Shown here piece by piece: positions 35,999 through 45,951 of a stretch of 64,000 bases of DNA (its first letter is position 1; every line of letters begins with the position of its first letter). Origin of the DNA: an uncultured Candidatus Saccharibacteria bacterium (GTDB lineage Bacteria; Patescibacteriota; Minisyncoccia; Portnoybacterales; UBA2143); contig CAYPQZ010000006.1 of assembly GCA_964413015.1 (NCBI GenBank), forward strand, positions 7,070 to 71,069, given 5' to 3'. The notes beneath the pieces were generated by a model. It did not search any database. It was given only the letters and a program-made list of their open reading frames with translations, and was not told the origin of the DNA. Position numbers and translations under genes: made by a program.

Positions 35999-36287
35999 AT
36001 ATCCTTATATGATTATTAGCGTAAGCCGACTTTTTAGTTTTTACTTTCTGGCTTAGCTTACCCGGAATATCGGGATAAAATCGCATAAGGAAAGAGAAAA
36101 CTTATATTGAGTCAAACTCAAAAACTTACGTATGCTCGGATTATAATCTATTGAGATAAATAAGTCAAGGGCGATTGCTTTGTGGATTACTTGTCTTGCC
36201 TTAATGATTCAATTCTGCTAAAATTTCAAACAGGGTTTAAAAACAAAAAGCGTTGGTTGTTGACAGCGCTTTTCTTAAATAAGAGAT

Positions 36288-37016
36288 ATGGAAAAAAATG
36301 ACTTTAAAAATCTTCCTAGGCACGTGGCCATTGTTCCAGACGGCAATCGTCGCTGGGCCAGGGAAAAAGGAATAGCCGAATGGCGCGGCCATTTGGAAGG
36401 AGCTAAAAAAACGAAAGAGCAGGTTCAAGCGGCCCTTGATTTGGGATTGGAGTGCCTTTCATGGTGGGGCGGATCCTGGAGCAATTTGACTGAACGTTCC
36501 AAGACAGAAGTCAGAAATCTTTTTAGTATTTATGAAAAATATTTCCGTCAGCTGATTAAAGCCAAGGGAATTTATCAGCACCAAGTAAGAGTCAGAGTGA
36601 TTGGCCGCTGGCCGGAAATTCTGCCTAAAAAATGTGTTGAGATAATAGAAAAATTAATTAAAGCAACTCAAAGCCACAAAAAACGGATGCTTAATTTTAT
36701 AATTGCTTATGATGGCCGTGATGAAATGCTTAGCGCCATTAACAGTATTTTAAAGCAGGGGCGAAAAGACAAGAAACTGAAAGTAGATTCGGAACTTTTG
36801 GAGAAATTCCTTTGGACGGATGGCTTACCGCCAGTTGATTTGTTAATCAGAACCGGCAGTTCGTCAGATCCTCATAACAGCGCCGGCTTTATGATGTGGC
36901 TGACAGCCAATAGCCAGCTTTATTTTCCCAAAGGATATTATCCTGATTTCGGACGCCGGGAATTCATTAAAGCGATAAAAAATTATCAGCAGAGAGAAAG
37001 AAGATTAGGCAGGTAA
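36288..37016 (+). CDS. uppS: isoprenyl transferase (undecaprenyl-diphosphate synthase family)
   Basis: PRHVAIVPDGNRRWA...; C-terminal RERRLG. Confidence 0.8.
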   Translation: MEKNDFKNLPRHVAIVPDGNRRWAREKGIAEWRGHLEGAKKTKEQVQAALDLGLECLSWWGGSWSNLTERSKTEVRNLFSIYEKYFRQLIKAKGIYQHQVRVRVIGRWPEILPKKCVEIIEKLIKATQSHKKRMLNFIIAYDGRDEMLSAINSILKQGRKDKKLKVDSELLEKFLWTDGLPPVDLLIRTGSSSDPHNSAGFMMWLTANSQLYFPKGYYPDFGRREFIKAIKNYQQRERRLGR

Positions 37017-37027
37017 GATTTAATTTT

Positions 37028-38053
37028 ATGAAGTTAAAATATTTAGAGGTTGTTTTTTTATCATCAATCGTTATTGCTTCCGGCCTCTTTTTTATTTACG
37101 CCTATAGCCAGATTAACACGCCTTTATCTGGCGACCTGACAGAAAAGAATTTCATTATCCAAAAGGGCGAGGGCTTAAAGGAAATCAGTCATAATTTAGA
37201 AGAAGCAGGTTTGATTAATCAGGCTTTCTGGTTTAAGTTTTACGTTTTGACCAAGGGCTGGGCCGCCCGTTTGCAGGCCGGGGAATATTCATTTTCTCCT
37301 TCTATGAATATTCCTGCAATATCCCAGAAAATACTTAGAGGGGAGATTGTTTCTTCAGAAACGACGGTGACAATTCCCGAAGGATTTTCCTTAAGGCAGA
37401 TTGATGCCCGTTTGGCCAAGGCCGGACTGATTGAAGAAAATGAACTACTTAATTTCAATATTCTCAACTCTGAGCTTAATTCTAAATTTCAGGCCCTTCA
37501 CCAAGAAAACGGACAGGCAATTTCCAGCTTGGAAGGATATCTTTTCCCAGATACGTATAGGTTCTATACAGGAATGAGTAAAGAAGGAATTATTGAAAAA
37601 ATGCTTGATAACTTTGACAAAAAACTGACTAATGAATTAAGAGAAGAAATCAGCCGGCAGGGCAAGACACTTGAACAAATTATTATTATGGCGAGCTTGA
37701 TAGAAAAAGAAGTCCGAACTGACGAAGACCGGAGAATCGTTTCAGGAATTTTCTGGAGAAGAATTAATAACAATTATCCTTTGCAGTCGTGCGCCACGAT
37801 TGCCTATATTTTAGGAATAGACAAATGGCGTTATTCGGCAGAAGATACCAAAATCAATTCTTTATACAATACTTATCAGAATATCGGGCTGCCCATCGGG
37901 CCAATTAACAATCCGGGCATTTCAGCTATTCAAGCGGCGATTTATCCGCACCTTACTGATTACAATTTCTTTTTATCAACCCTGGACGGAGAAACGATTT
38001 TTAGCAGGACATTGGAAGAGCATAACCAAAACAGGTCCAAGTATTTAGACTGA
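37028..38053 (+). CDS. mltG: endolytic murein transglycosylase MltG (YceG family)
   Basis: N-terminal TM, YceG-like body, catalytic-region motif. Confidence 0.8.
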   Translation: MKLKYLEVVFLSSIVIASGLFFIYAYSQINTPLSGDLTEKNFIIQKGEGLKEISHNLEEAGLINQAFWFKFYVLTKGWAARLQAGEYSFSPSMNIPAISQKILRGEIVSSETTVTIPEGFSLRQIDARLAKAGLIEENELLNFNILNSELNSKFQALHQENGQAISSLEGYLFPDTYRFYTGMSKEGIIEKMLDNFDKKLTNELREEISRQGKTLEQIIIMASLIEKEVRTDEDRRIVSGIFWRRINNNYPLQSCATIAYILGIDKWRYSAEDTKINSLYNTYQNIGLPIGPINNPGISAIQAAIYPHLTDYNFFLSTLDGETIFSRTLEEHNQNRSKYLD

Positions 38054-38221
38054 AAGCTTGACAAGGATTCAATAAAATATTAAGCTGACTATACAGCTAT
38101 AGACAATAGGCAATTCCGCCAGAGGCGGAGTAAGACCTATCGAGGCGAATATTTCTTGCAGTAAGCTTGTCGAACTGTTTGTCTATGGTTTTCCATAGAT
38201 TTTTTAATTATCTAAACTGAT

Positions 38222-38283
38222 AAGAACAGTCTTTAAAATGACGCCCTTGTGCTCAAGGGACATCATTTTAAGGACTGTCCTTT
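38222..38283 (+). repeat. family-A hairpin copy A3
   Basis: Identical over 62 nt to A2/A4. Confidence 0.75.
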
Positions 38284-38335
38284 AATCGAGTTAACGTCCC
38301 CCTTGAAGACTATTTTTTAATTAAACACAATTGGC

Positions 38336-38857
38336 ATGATTACTAAAGAGCAAAAAAAAGAAATAGTTAAGGATTTGATTGATAAGCTTTCTCGTCAGAA
38401 GGCAGTAGTTCTCTTTGATTATGCCGGATTGAAGGTCAACCAATTTCAGGAAGCCAGGGCTAAATTAAGAGAGCAGGAAATAGACTGCCAGGTTTGCAAA
38501 AAAAGTTTGATTGATTTGGCTTTGGAGAAATCCGGCTTTAAAGATATTTCAGTTAAAAAACTGCCTGGCCAGATTGGCTTGGCGTTTGGATACCATGATG
38601 AAGTTATACCGGCTAGGATATTGTATGATTTTTCGAAGGACAACGAAAATTTAAAGATTGTGAATGGTTTAATCCGGGGAGAATATCTGGAAAAAGAATC
38701 TGTGATTGAGCTAGCCAAGCTTCCTCCAAAACAGGAATTACTGGCCAATTTAGTCGGCAATATCTCATCTCCGATATCCGGTTTAGTAAATGTCTTTAGG
38801 AATAATTTAGAAAAATTAATTTTTACCCTGCGCCTTTTATCTTCTGCTAAAAGATAA
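38336..38857 (+). CDS. rplJ: 50S ribosomal protein L10
   Basis: MITKEQKKEIVKDLIDKLSRQKAVVLFDYAGLKVNQFQEAR... Confidence 0.85.
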   Translation: MITKEQKKEIVKDLIDKLSRQKAVVLFDYAGLKVNQFQEARAKLREQEIDCQVCKKSLIDLALEKSGFKDISVKKLPGQIGLAFGYHDEVIPARILYDFSKDNENLKIVNGLIRGEYLEKESVIELAKLPPKQELLANLVGNISSPISGLVNVFRNNLEKLIFTLRLLSSAKR

Positions 38858-39025
38858 TTTTATAGATTCAGTTTTAACTAAAGCTAAATATTTTTTAAAT
38901 AGAATGAAGGGTGCGGAGTTTATCTTAAAAGATGTAAAATTAGAGGCCTGGAGCTTGAAAAAAGCATTTCAACGTTGTAGAATGGAATAAATTTCAAGTT
39001 TTAAGTTTCAGTTTTATTAAAAAAA

Positions 39026-39475
39026 ATGACGGAAGAAAAAAAAGAAGAAAAAAATCCTCAAGAGGAACAAACCTCCAAATCTAAAAAAGTCCCTGCTAAG
39101 TTTAAGGAATTGGTAAGCCAGATAGAAGGAATGACTGTTTTAGAATTAGCCGAATTAGTTAAGGTCTTAGAGGACAAATTCGGTGTTAGCCCGATGACGA
39201 TTGCGGCTGCTCCAGCCGCCGGAAGCGTCGCTGCGGACGGTTCAGGAGAAGCGGCTGAAGAAAAAAGCGCTTTTGATGTAGAGTTAAAATCGGGCGGCGA
39301 CCAGAAAATTTCAGTGATTAAGGCAGTTAAGGAGATAACCGGCCAGGGTTTGAAAGAAGCCAAAGATTTAGTTGATGGGGCGCCTAAAATAATCAAACAG
39401 GGCGTTAAAAAGGAAGAAGCCGAAGAGATGAAGAAGAAATTGGAAGAAGCCGGAGCGACGGTTGAATTGAAATAA
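39026..39475 (+). CDS. rplL: 50S ribosomal protein L7/L12 with a ~35-aa charged N-terminal extension
   Basis: ...[18 protein letters not shown]...[40 protein letters not shown]. Confidence 0.85.
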   Translation: MTEEKKEEKNPQEEQTSKSKKVPAKFKELVSQIEGMTVLELAELVKVLEDKFGVSPMTIAAAPAAGSVAADGSGEAAEEKSAFDVELKSGGDQKISVIKAVKEITGQGLKEAKDLVDGAPKIIKQGVKKEEAEEMKKKLEEAGATVELK

Positions 39476-39489
39476 TCAATAATTTCATT

Positions 39490-40065
39490 ATGTCTAAGGA
39501 AATCTTAGAACAACTTTTTGACTCTCCGGTCAAAGTCAGGCTGCTTAAGTTGTTTTTGCGCAACCCAACCGAATCGTTTAGATTGAAAGATATTTCCACG
39601 AGGACAAAAAGTGATATCCGCTCCTGCAGCCAGCAAGTCAAGAAACTAGAAAATATTAATTTGATTAGCAGCAAGAAAAAAGGCAAGGTTAAAGTTTATT
39701 CCGTTAATTCCGGCTTTGATTTTTACAACGAGCTTAAAACCCTGGTTCTTAAATCCAGCCCAGCTTCCAAAGATAAATTATTGCAACGGTTAAAATCTTT
39801 AGGAAGAATTAAACTGGCTGTTCTGTCCGGGGTTTTTATTAACCTTGATAATTCGCGGGTTGACCTTTTGGTAGTCGGAGACGGGATTAAAAATAAGAAG
39901 CTGTCCGGGTTCTTAAGAGATTTGGAAGCCGAGGTTGGCAAAGAAATTGATTATGTTGTTTTTTCCGTCAGAGATTTTACTTACCGCTATGATATGTTTG
40001 ACAGGTTTATCCGCGATGTTATGGAAAAACCTCATGAAAAGATAATCAATAAGTTGAAGATATAG
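39490..40065 (+). CDS. hypothetical protein (possible wHTH N-terminus)
   Basis: 191-aa ORF with no catalytic motif recognised. Confidence 0.35.
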   Translation: MSKEILEQLFDSPVKVRLLKLFLRNPTESFRLKDISTRTKSDIRSCSQQVKKLENINLISSKKKGKVKVYSVNSGFDFYNELKTLVLKSSPASKDKLLQRLKSLGRIKLAVLSGVFINLDNSRVDLLVVGDGIKNKKLSGFLRDLEAEVGKEIDYVVFSVRDFTYRYDMFDRFIRDVMEKPHEKIINKLKI

Positions 40066-40069
40066 GACG

Positions 40070-40141
40070 GGGCGGTTAGCTCAGCGGCAGAGCATTGCAT
40101 TCACATTGCAAGGGTCATCCGTTCAAATCGGATACCGCCCA
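40070..40141 (+). tRNA. tRNA-Val (CAC)
   Basis: Acceptor gggcggt/accgccc, anticodon stem ttgca/tgcaa, loop ttcacat, T-loop ttcaaat. Confidence 0.7.
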
Positions 40142-40159
40142 CTTCGTGTCCATTTAATT

Positions 40160-40606
40160 ATGGTAATAACTCCCCATATGTTAGTCGGCGCGGCAATCGG
40201 CGTCCAATCTGAAAATATTTGGACCGCTTTTTGTTTTGGACTGATGAGTCATTATCTGCTTGATTTTTTACCTCATTGGGATTATTTAAAAAAAATTGAA
40301 ATTGACAAGCCGTCACACTTTATTAAAATTTTTTTAGATTTTATTTTAGGGGTAAGCATAGTTATTGTTTTAGTTTGGGGCTTTCCGCAAAAGCTGCCAA
40401 TTTTATTTGCTTTGCTTGGAGCATTATTGCCCGATGTCTCGGAATTTTTTTATAGTGAATTCAAGATAAAATTTTTAAGACCTTTCCATAATTTTCATCA
40501 TAAAGTTCACTATTGGAAAAGATTGCCTTTGAGCAAGGGATTGCCACTCACTTTATTTGTGTCTTTAAGCGCTGTTTTTATAATCATTTTATCTAAATGG
40601 GGATAA
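40160..40606 (+). CDS. hypothetical membrane protein
   Basis: The listed ORF start at 40106 overlaps tRNA-Val; ATG 40160 (MVITPHMLVGAAIGV...) is more plausible. 4-5 TM. Confidence 0.4.
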   Translation: MVITPHMLVGAAIGVQSENIWTAFCFGLMSHYLLDFLPHWDYLKKIEIDKPSHFIKIFLDFILGVSIVIVLVWGFPQKLPILFALLGALLPDVSEFFYSEFKIKFLRPFHNFHHKVHYWKRLPLSKGLPLTLFVSLSAVFIIILSKWG

Positions 40607-40781
40607 TTTGTGGATGAAAAAAGGGGAATAGTTGTAAAAAATGGCTTTTTAAAGCCATTTTTTTATTTTAAAAATCCGGAAAATCGTGTGTTTGACAGGT
40701 CTGTTTAAGTGAAATATAATGGGGGTTGAGTAGAGATATGTGGATAAAAGTGGGGATAAGTAGTTAATTTTGTGGATAATT

Positions 40782-41213
40782 ATGCTTATTGGCGAATACA
40801 AATACACCATTGATACAAAAAGAAGATTGGCTATTCCGTCTAAACTAAGGAAAGAATTAGGCAAGGGCGCTGTTCTGACCAGGGGCTTGGATAATTGTTT
40901 AGCGCTTTACTCGTTAAAAGAATGGCAGGGTATGGCCAAAAAGCTTAGCCAGCTGCCGACCGGAAAGATTGACGCCCGGGGCTTCAACAGAATTATTTTA
41001 GCCGGCGCGGCAAATGTGGTTTTTGACCGATTAGGAAGAATTTTGGTACCCGATTATTTAAAAGATTATGCCGGGTTAAAAAAGAATCTTGTGATTGTCG
41101 GAGTTTACAACCGATTGGAAATTTGGGACGAAGCCAAGTGGAAAATTTATAAACAGAAAGTGGAAAAAGAAGTTGGCAATATTGCCCAAAGATTAGGGGA
41201 ATTGGGAATTTAA
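40782..41213 (+). CDS. mraZ: transcriptional regulator MraZ
   Basis: MLIGEYKYTIDTKRRLAIPSKLRKELG...; duplicated SpoVT/AbrB-like halves. Confidence 0.85.
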   Translation: MLIGEYKYTIDTKRRLAIPSKLRKELGKGAVLTRGLDNCLALYSLKEWQGMAKKLSQLPTGKIDARGFNRIILAGAANVVFDRLGRILVPDYLKDYAGLKKNLVIVGVYNRLEIWDEAKWKIYKQKVEKEVGNIAQRLGELGI

Positions 41214-41214
41214 A

Positions 41215-42123
41215 ATGGAGCATCAGCCGGTTCTCTTAAAAGAAGTTTTAAAATATTTAGACCCTCAATCCGGAGAGAATTTCATTGATTGCACCTTTGG
41301 GTTCGGCGGCCATGCCTTAGCTATTTTAAAAAAAGTTAAACCGACCGGAAAAGTTCTGGGAATTGATTCGGATAAAAAAGCTTTAGCTCAAACGAAGACG
41401 AAGAATAAAAATCTTATTCTAACCCAAGGGAATTTCGCTGATTTGAAAAGGATAGTTGAAGAACAGAAATTCCAGCCGGTTAATGGAATCCTTTTTGACT
41501 TAGGAATTTCCAGCTGGCAGATAGATAAAAGCCAGAAAGGATTTTCATTCCAGAAAGACGAACCCTTGGATATGCGGTTTGACCAGGGGAAAAATGATTT
41601 AACAGCTGAGCAGATTGTAAATTATTGGGAGGAAAGCGAACTGGAGAAAATATTTCGTGAATATGGAGAGGAAAGATTTTCCAAAAAGATTGCCAGAAAT
41701 ATCTGCTTAGTCAGACAGAACAGAAACATTAAAACAACCAGTCATCTGGTAGAGGTCATCAAACAAGCCATTCCAGGAAAATTCCAGCACGGAAGAACGC
41801 CCCATAGCAGAACAAGTTCGCTACGGGGCAGGCACTTTGCCACCCGGATATTTCAAGCTTTGCGTATTGCCGTAAATGACGAATTAAATAATCTTGAATT
41901 AGCTTTAAACCAGTCCTTAGGCATTTTGGAAGCCAATGGCCGATTAGCGGTCATTTCCTTCCATTCTTTGGAAGACAGAATAGTGAAGAATTCCTTTAGG
42001 GAGCAGGCCAAGGAAAACAATCTAAAAATTTTAACTAAAAAGCCGGTTCAGCCGACTGAACAGGAAATTGAATACAATAAGAGAAGCCGCAGCGCTAAAT
42101 TGCGCGTCGTTGTAAAAATATGA
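41215..42123 (+). CDS. rsmH: 16S rRNA (cytosine1402-N4)-methyltransferase RsmH
   Basis: HQPVLLKEVLKYL...FIDCTFGFGGHA. Confidence 0.9.
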   Translation: MEHQPVLLKEVLKYLDPQSGENFIDCTFGFGGHALAILKKVKPTGKVLGIDSDKKALAQTKTKNKNLILTQGNFADLKRIVEEQKFQPVNGILFDLGISSWQIDKSQKGFSFQKDEPLDMRFDQGKNDLTAEQIVNYWEESELEKIFREYGEERFSKKIARNICLVRQNRNIKTTSHLVEVIKQAIPGKFQHGRTPHSRTSSLRGRHFATRIFQALRIAVNDELNNLELALNQSLGILEANGRLAVISFHSLEDRIVKNSFREQAKENNLKILTKKPVQPTEQEIEYNKRSRSAKLRVVVKI

Positions 42124-42449
42124 CTGCTTACATTAAATCTAAAGAGTTTCAAAAGAACAGCCATAACCATGGTCTGGCTATTTTGGTTATTTTAATAATC
42201 CTAGCCATTTTCTGTTCAGTTTTATTTTACGCTTTTCAAAGCAGCAGTATAATTTCTTACAGCTATAAAATCAGAGAAAAGAAACAGCAGCTTGAAGAAC
42301 TCCAAGCGGAAAATCATAATCTGAACATGGAAATTGCCCAGTGGCGGTCACTGGCTAATTTGGAAGAATTAGCCCAGTCATTAGATATGGTTGAAGCAGA
42401 ACAGGTTATCTATTTGAGGCCTGGAAAAGAAGTCGCTGTTAAAAAATAG
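42120..42449 (+). CDS. ftsL: FtsL-like cell-division protein (single TM plus coiled-coil)
   Basis: Position between rsmH and ftsI; 109 aa with TM and a heptad region. Confidence 0.5.
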   Translation: MTAYIKSKEFQKNSHNHGLAILVILIILAIFCSVLFYAFQSSSIISYSYKIREKKQQLEELQAENHNLNMEIAQWRSLANLEELAQSLDMVEAEQVIYLRPGKEVAVKK

Positions 42450-42452
42450 CTC

Positions 42453-44174
42453 ATGAAGCAATGGCGCATCTACGCATTAATATTTTTTGTTTTTTTATTA
42501 GGCAGCGGGGTTTTAACTCGTTTGTTTTTTCTCCAGATTTTAAGATATGACGATTACCACGCTTTGGCGCAAAACCAGCACCAATTTTTACAGACGCTTT
42601 TCCCGCAAAGGGGAGAGATACTTATGCAGGACTTATCCAACCATCAGCGGAATGACGAAAATTATTATTCTCCTTTGGCGGTAAACAAGAAATATCAGCA
42701 GATTTACGTTGTTCCCAGGGAGATTGACGTTCAGGAAAAAGACAATTTGGCCAATGAGCTTTCCTGCCTTCTTGATTTGGAGAAAGATGATATTTTAAAC
42801 AAGCTTAACAAGGAAGACGACCCCTACGAACCTTTAAAACATAAAGTTGACCGGGAAGTCTCTGAGGAAATAGATAATTTGAATATTCAGGGAGTGAATT
42901 CTTCTTTGGAAACCTGGAGACATTATCCCAATAACACTTTAGCTTGCCATTTAACTGGCTTTGTCGGCATGGTTGGCGAAACTAAGGTCGGCCAGTACGG
43001 GCTAGAAGGCTATTACCAGGATTTGCTAAAAGGTAAGCAGGGATTTTTTAAAGGTCAGCGGGATACAGCCGGTTATCGAATCCCTTCCCTTAATCAGAAA
43101 CTAGAGCCGGCCGAAGATGGAGCCGTTCTGGTGCTGACTATCGACCAAAACATTCAGTTTAAGGCCGAAAAAGAGTTGAAAGAAGTAATTGAGAGATGGG
43201 ATGCGGAAAGCGGAACGGTAATCATTATGGAGCCGCAGACCGGGGCTATTCGGGCAATGGCCAGTTGGCCCGTTTTTGACCCGAATGAATACAGCCAAGT
43301 GGAAAGCATGGGTGTTTTTCTAAATCCTTCAATTCAGAAAGTTTATGAACCGGGTTCTGTTTTTAAGCCGATTACCATGGCTGCTGGTTTAGACAGCGGG
43401 CATATTTCTCCGGAAACGGTTTATCAAGATAAAGGCCAGTTAAGCTTAGGAGGGGGGATCATTAAAAATGTTGACGGGAAAGTTTACAATCAGCAGACGA
43501 TGACTCAGGTTCTTGAAAAATCGCTTAATACCGGAGCTGTTTTTGTTCAGCAAAAAATCGGCGAAGAAACTTTTAAGGACTATGTTCAGAGATTTAATTT
43601 TAACCTTCCGACCGGGATTGATTTAGCCGGTGAGATTGGCGGGAATATTTCAAATCTATATACCGGCAGGGAAATGAACTTGGCTAACATTTCTTTTGGA
43701 CAGGGCATAACGGTAACTCCTTTAGGCTTGATTACCGCCTTGGCGGCAATTGCCAATCGGGGCGAACTGATGCATCCTTTTATAGTTGAGAAAATAGTTT
43801 ATCCTAATGGGCGCGAGGAAGTAACTTCTCCGAGTTCTGTTAAAGAAGTAATTTCTCAAAAAACGGCCGAGAATTTGGTTAAAATGATGGTAAGTGTGGT
43901 TGACAACGGATTTGGGAAACCGGCTAAGATTGATGGGTACAGTATAGCCGGGAAAACCGGCACTGCCCAAGTTCCGGATTTTGAAGTGGGTGGATATTCC
44001 GATGAGACAATTCATACTTTTGTCGGCTTTGCTCCGGCTTTTGACCCTGAATTTATCATTTTAATCAAATTGGACAAGCCGCACGGAATTCGTTTCGCTT
44101 CAGATTCAGTCAGTCCAGTTTTTAAGGAATTGGCTAAGTATTTGTTCAATTATTTAGAAATACCGCCACAATAA
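42453..44174 (+). CDS. ftsI: peptidoglycan D,D-transpeptidase (class B PBP, FtsI-like)
   Basis: N-terminal TM, dimerisation domain, transpeptidase motifs (SVFKP region; SxN; KTGT). Confidence 0.85.
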   Translation: MKQWRIYALIFFVFLLGSGVLTRLFFLQILRYDDYHALAQNQHQFLQTLFPQRGEILMQDLSNHQRNDENYYSPLAVNKKYQQIYVVPREIDVQEKDNLANELSCLLDLEKDDILNKLNKEDDPYEPLKHKVDREVSEEIDNLNIQGVNSSLETWRHYPNNTLACHLTGFVGMVGETKVGQYGLEGYYQDLLKGKQGFFKGQRDTAGYRIPSLNQKLEPAEDGAVLVLTIDQNIQFKAEKELKEVIERWDAESGTVIIMEPQTGAIRAMASWPVFDPNEYSQVESMGVFLNPSIQKVYEPGSVFKPITMAAGLDSGHISPETVYQDKGQLSLGGGIIKNVDGKVYNQQTMTQVLEKSLNTGAVFVQQKIGEETFKDYVQRFNFNLPTGIDLAGEIGGNISNLYTGREMNLANISFGQGITVTPLGLITALAAIANRGELMHPFIVEKIVYPNGREEVTSPSSVKEVISQKTAENLVKMMVSVVDNGFGKPAKIDGYSIAGKTGTAQVPDFEVGGYSDETIHTFVGFAPAFDPEFIILIKLDKPHGIRFASDSVSPVFKELAKYLFNYLEIPPQ

Positions 44175-44194
44175 AATAAAATTTTTAATTTTTA

Positions 44195-45496
44195 ATGTTT
44201 AAAAATTCTAAAATGCGTAGTATTTTACAATACATTCTTAAAGTTCTAGCTCAAATTATTCTTTGGCGATACAAACCAGAAATTGTTGCGGTAACCGGCA
44301 GCGTAGGCAAGACCGGGGCCAAAGAAGCTATTTATCATGTTCTCAAAGGCAGTTTTAGGACCCGACGGAATATCAAGAACTACAATAATGAAATCGGAGT
44401 TCCTTTGACTATCTTAGGACAGGACATTGCTCCGCAGACAAAAATATCGGCTATCTTTCCCTGGCTGACAATTTTCTTTAAGGCCTGCTTGACCATTATT
44501 TGGCAAAGAAAATATCCTGAAGTTTTAGTTTTAGAAATGGGCATCAGCCATCCCGGAGATATGAAATATCTGGTTAATTTTGCTCCGGCTAAAGTCGGGG
44601 TTATTACGGCAATTGGCGAATTCCCGACACACTTGGAATTTTTTCCGGAAAAGGACCGGCTAATCAAAGAAAAGGCCTTTTTGGTAAAGCATTTAACCAA
44701 GCAGGGGACCGCTGTTTTGAATTACGACGATTTATCAGTTAGGATGATCGGTGATGAATTAGGAGAAAAAACGAACCTTATTCAGTATGGTTTTGGAAAC
44801 GCGGCTGATCTAAAGATACTGAATTATAATTTATTGACTGGTGATTTAGACAAAGGCAATTACGGGATTAGCTTTAAACTGGAATATAATGGAAGCGTGG
44901 TGCCGTTTAGGTTAAACAAGATTTTGGGGAAACAACATGCTTTTGCCGCGGCTGCCGCAGCCAGCGTCGGGCTTGTTTTCGGAATGAATTTGGTTGAGAT
45001 ATCCCATTCTTTATCCGGCTATCATTCTTTGCCTGGCCGAGCTAAATTGCTTAAAGGCGTTAAAAATACCTGGCTGATAGATGATACTTACAACGCTTCA
45101 CCTTTAGCGACCTTGAACAGCTTGGATATTTTGGACAGGCTAGCTGCCGGTCATCCCGGCAGGAAAATAGTTGTTTTAGGCGATATGTTGGAATTGGGAA
45201 TTTATACAGAAGATGGCCATCGACGGGTTGGCCGGGAAATTCCCCAAATCGCTGATTTGCTTTTTACAGTAGGAGCCAAAGCCAACTTTATTGCCGAAGA
45301 AGCGGCTAATCAAGGATTTAACAAAAACAAGATTTTCAAGTTTTACCAGCCGGAAAAAGCCGGCTTGGCTCTTCAGAAAGAATTAGTTCAGGGAGATTTT
45401 GTTTTAATTAAGGGCTCGCGGGGAATCCATATGGAGAAAATAGTTAAGGAAATTATGAGAAGTTCTGAAAAGGCCGATGAATTACTGGTCCATTAG
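44195..45496 (+). CDS. murF: UDP-N-acetylmuramoyl-tripeptide--D-alanyl-D-alanine ligase
   Basis: VTGSVGKTGAKEAI; Mur-ligase middle and C-terminal domains. Confidence 0.85.
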   Translation: MFKNSKMRSILQYILKVLAQIILWRYKPEIVAVTGSVGKTGAKEAIYHVLKGSFRTRRNIKNYNNEIGVPLTILGQDIAPQTKISAIFPWLTIFFKACLTIIWQRKYPEVLVLEMGISHPGDMKYLVNFAPAKVGVITAIGEFPTHLEFFPEKDRLIKEKAFLVKHLTKQGTAVLNYDDLSVRMIGDELGEKTNLIQYGFGNAADLKILNYNLLTGDLDKGNYGISFKLEYNGSVVPFRLNKILGKQHAFAAAAAASVGLVFGMNLVEISHSLSGYHSLPGRAKLLKGVKNTWLIDDTYNASPLATLNSLDILDRLAAGHPGRKIVVLGDMLELGIYTEDGHRRVGREIPQIADLLFTVGAKANFIAEEAANQGFNKNKIFKFYQPEKAGLALQKELVQGDFVLIKGSRGIHMEKIVKEIMRSSEKADELLVH

Positions 45497-45586
45497 AAAG
45501 TTGATTTTTGTCAATTTTTTTGGTAATATTTAAAGATGCTAATTTGTATTTAAAAATTAAAAATTAAAAATTAAAAATTTTGATTT

Positions 45587-45658
45587 GGCCCTATCGTCTA
45601 GTGGCTAGGACGCCAGGTTCTCATCCTGGTAACAGGAGTTCGATTCTCCTTAGGGCTG
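45587..45658 (+). tRNA. tRNA-Glu (CTC)
   Basis: D-arm gtctagtggctaggac, anticodon stem ccagg/cctgg, loop ttctcat, T-loop ttcgatt. An (aaaatt)4 tandem run precedes it. Confidence 0.7.
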
Positions 45659-45678
45659 CGCGAAAGGAGGTGATAAAA

Positions 45679-45939
45679 ATGGCTGAGGAAAAATTAGTCG
45701 GGAAAATAACGCATTACTTTACTAATATCGGAGTAGGGGTTATTGAGATTACTGACAACGAGTTAAAAGTTGGCGATAAAATTCATGTAAAAGGGGCTAC
45801 CAGTGATTTTGAACAGGCGGTTGACTCAATGCAAATAGAGCATGAGAACGTAGAAGTGGCTAATAAAGGCGACGCGGTTGGCTTAAAAGTAGAACAGCAG
45901 GTCAGAGAAGGCGATGAAGTCTTTAAAACAGCAGATTAA
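45679..45939 (+). CDS. small hypothetical protein (beta-barrel-like, 86 aa)
   Basis: The listed ORF start at 45580 overlaps tRNA-Glu. ATG 45679 MAEEKLVGKITHYF... has an AGGAGG RBS upstream. Confidence 0.4.
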   Translation: MAEEKLVGKITHYFTNIGVGVIEITDNELKVGDKIHVKGATSDFEQAVDSMQIEHENVEVANKGDAVGLKVEQQVREGDEVFKTAD

Positions 45940-45951
45940 TTAAGATTAAAA

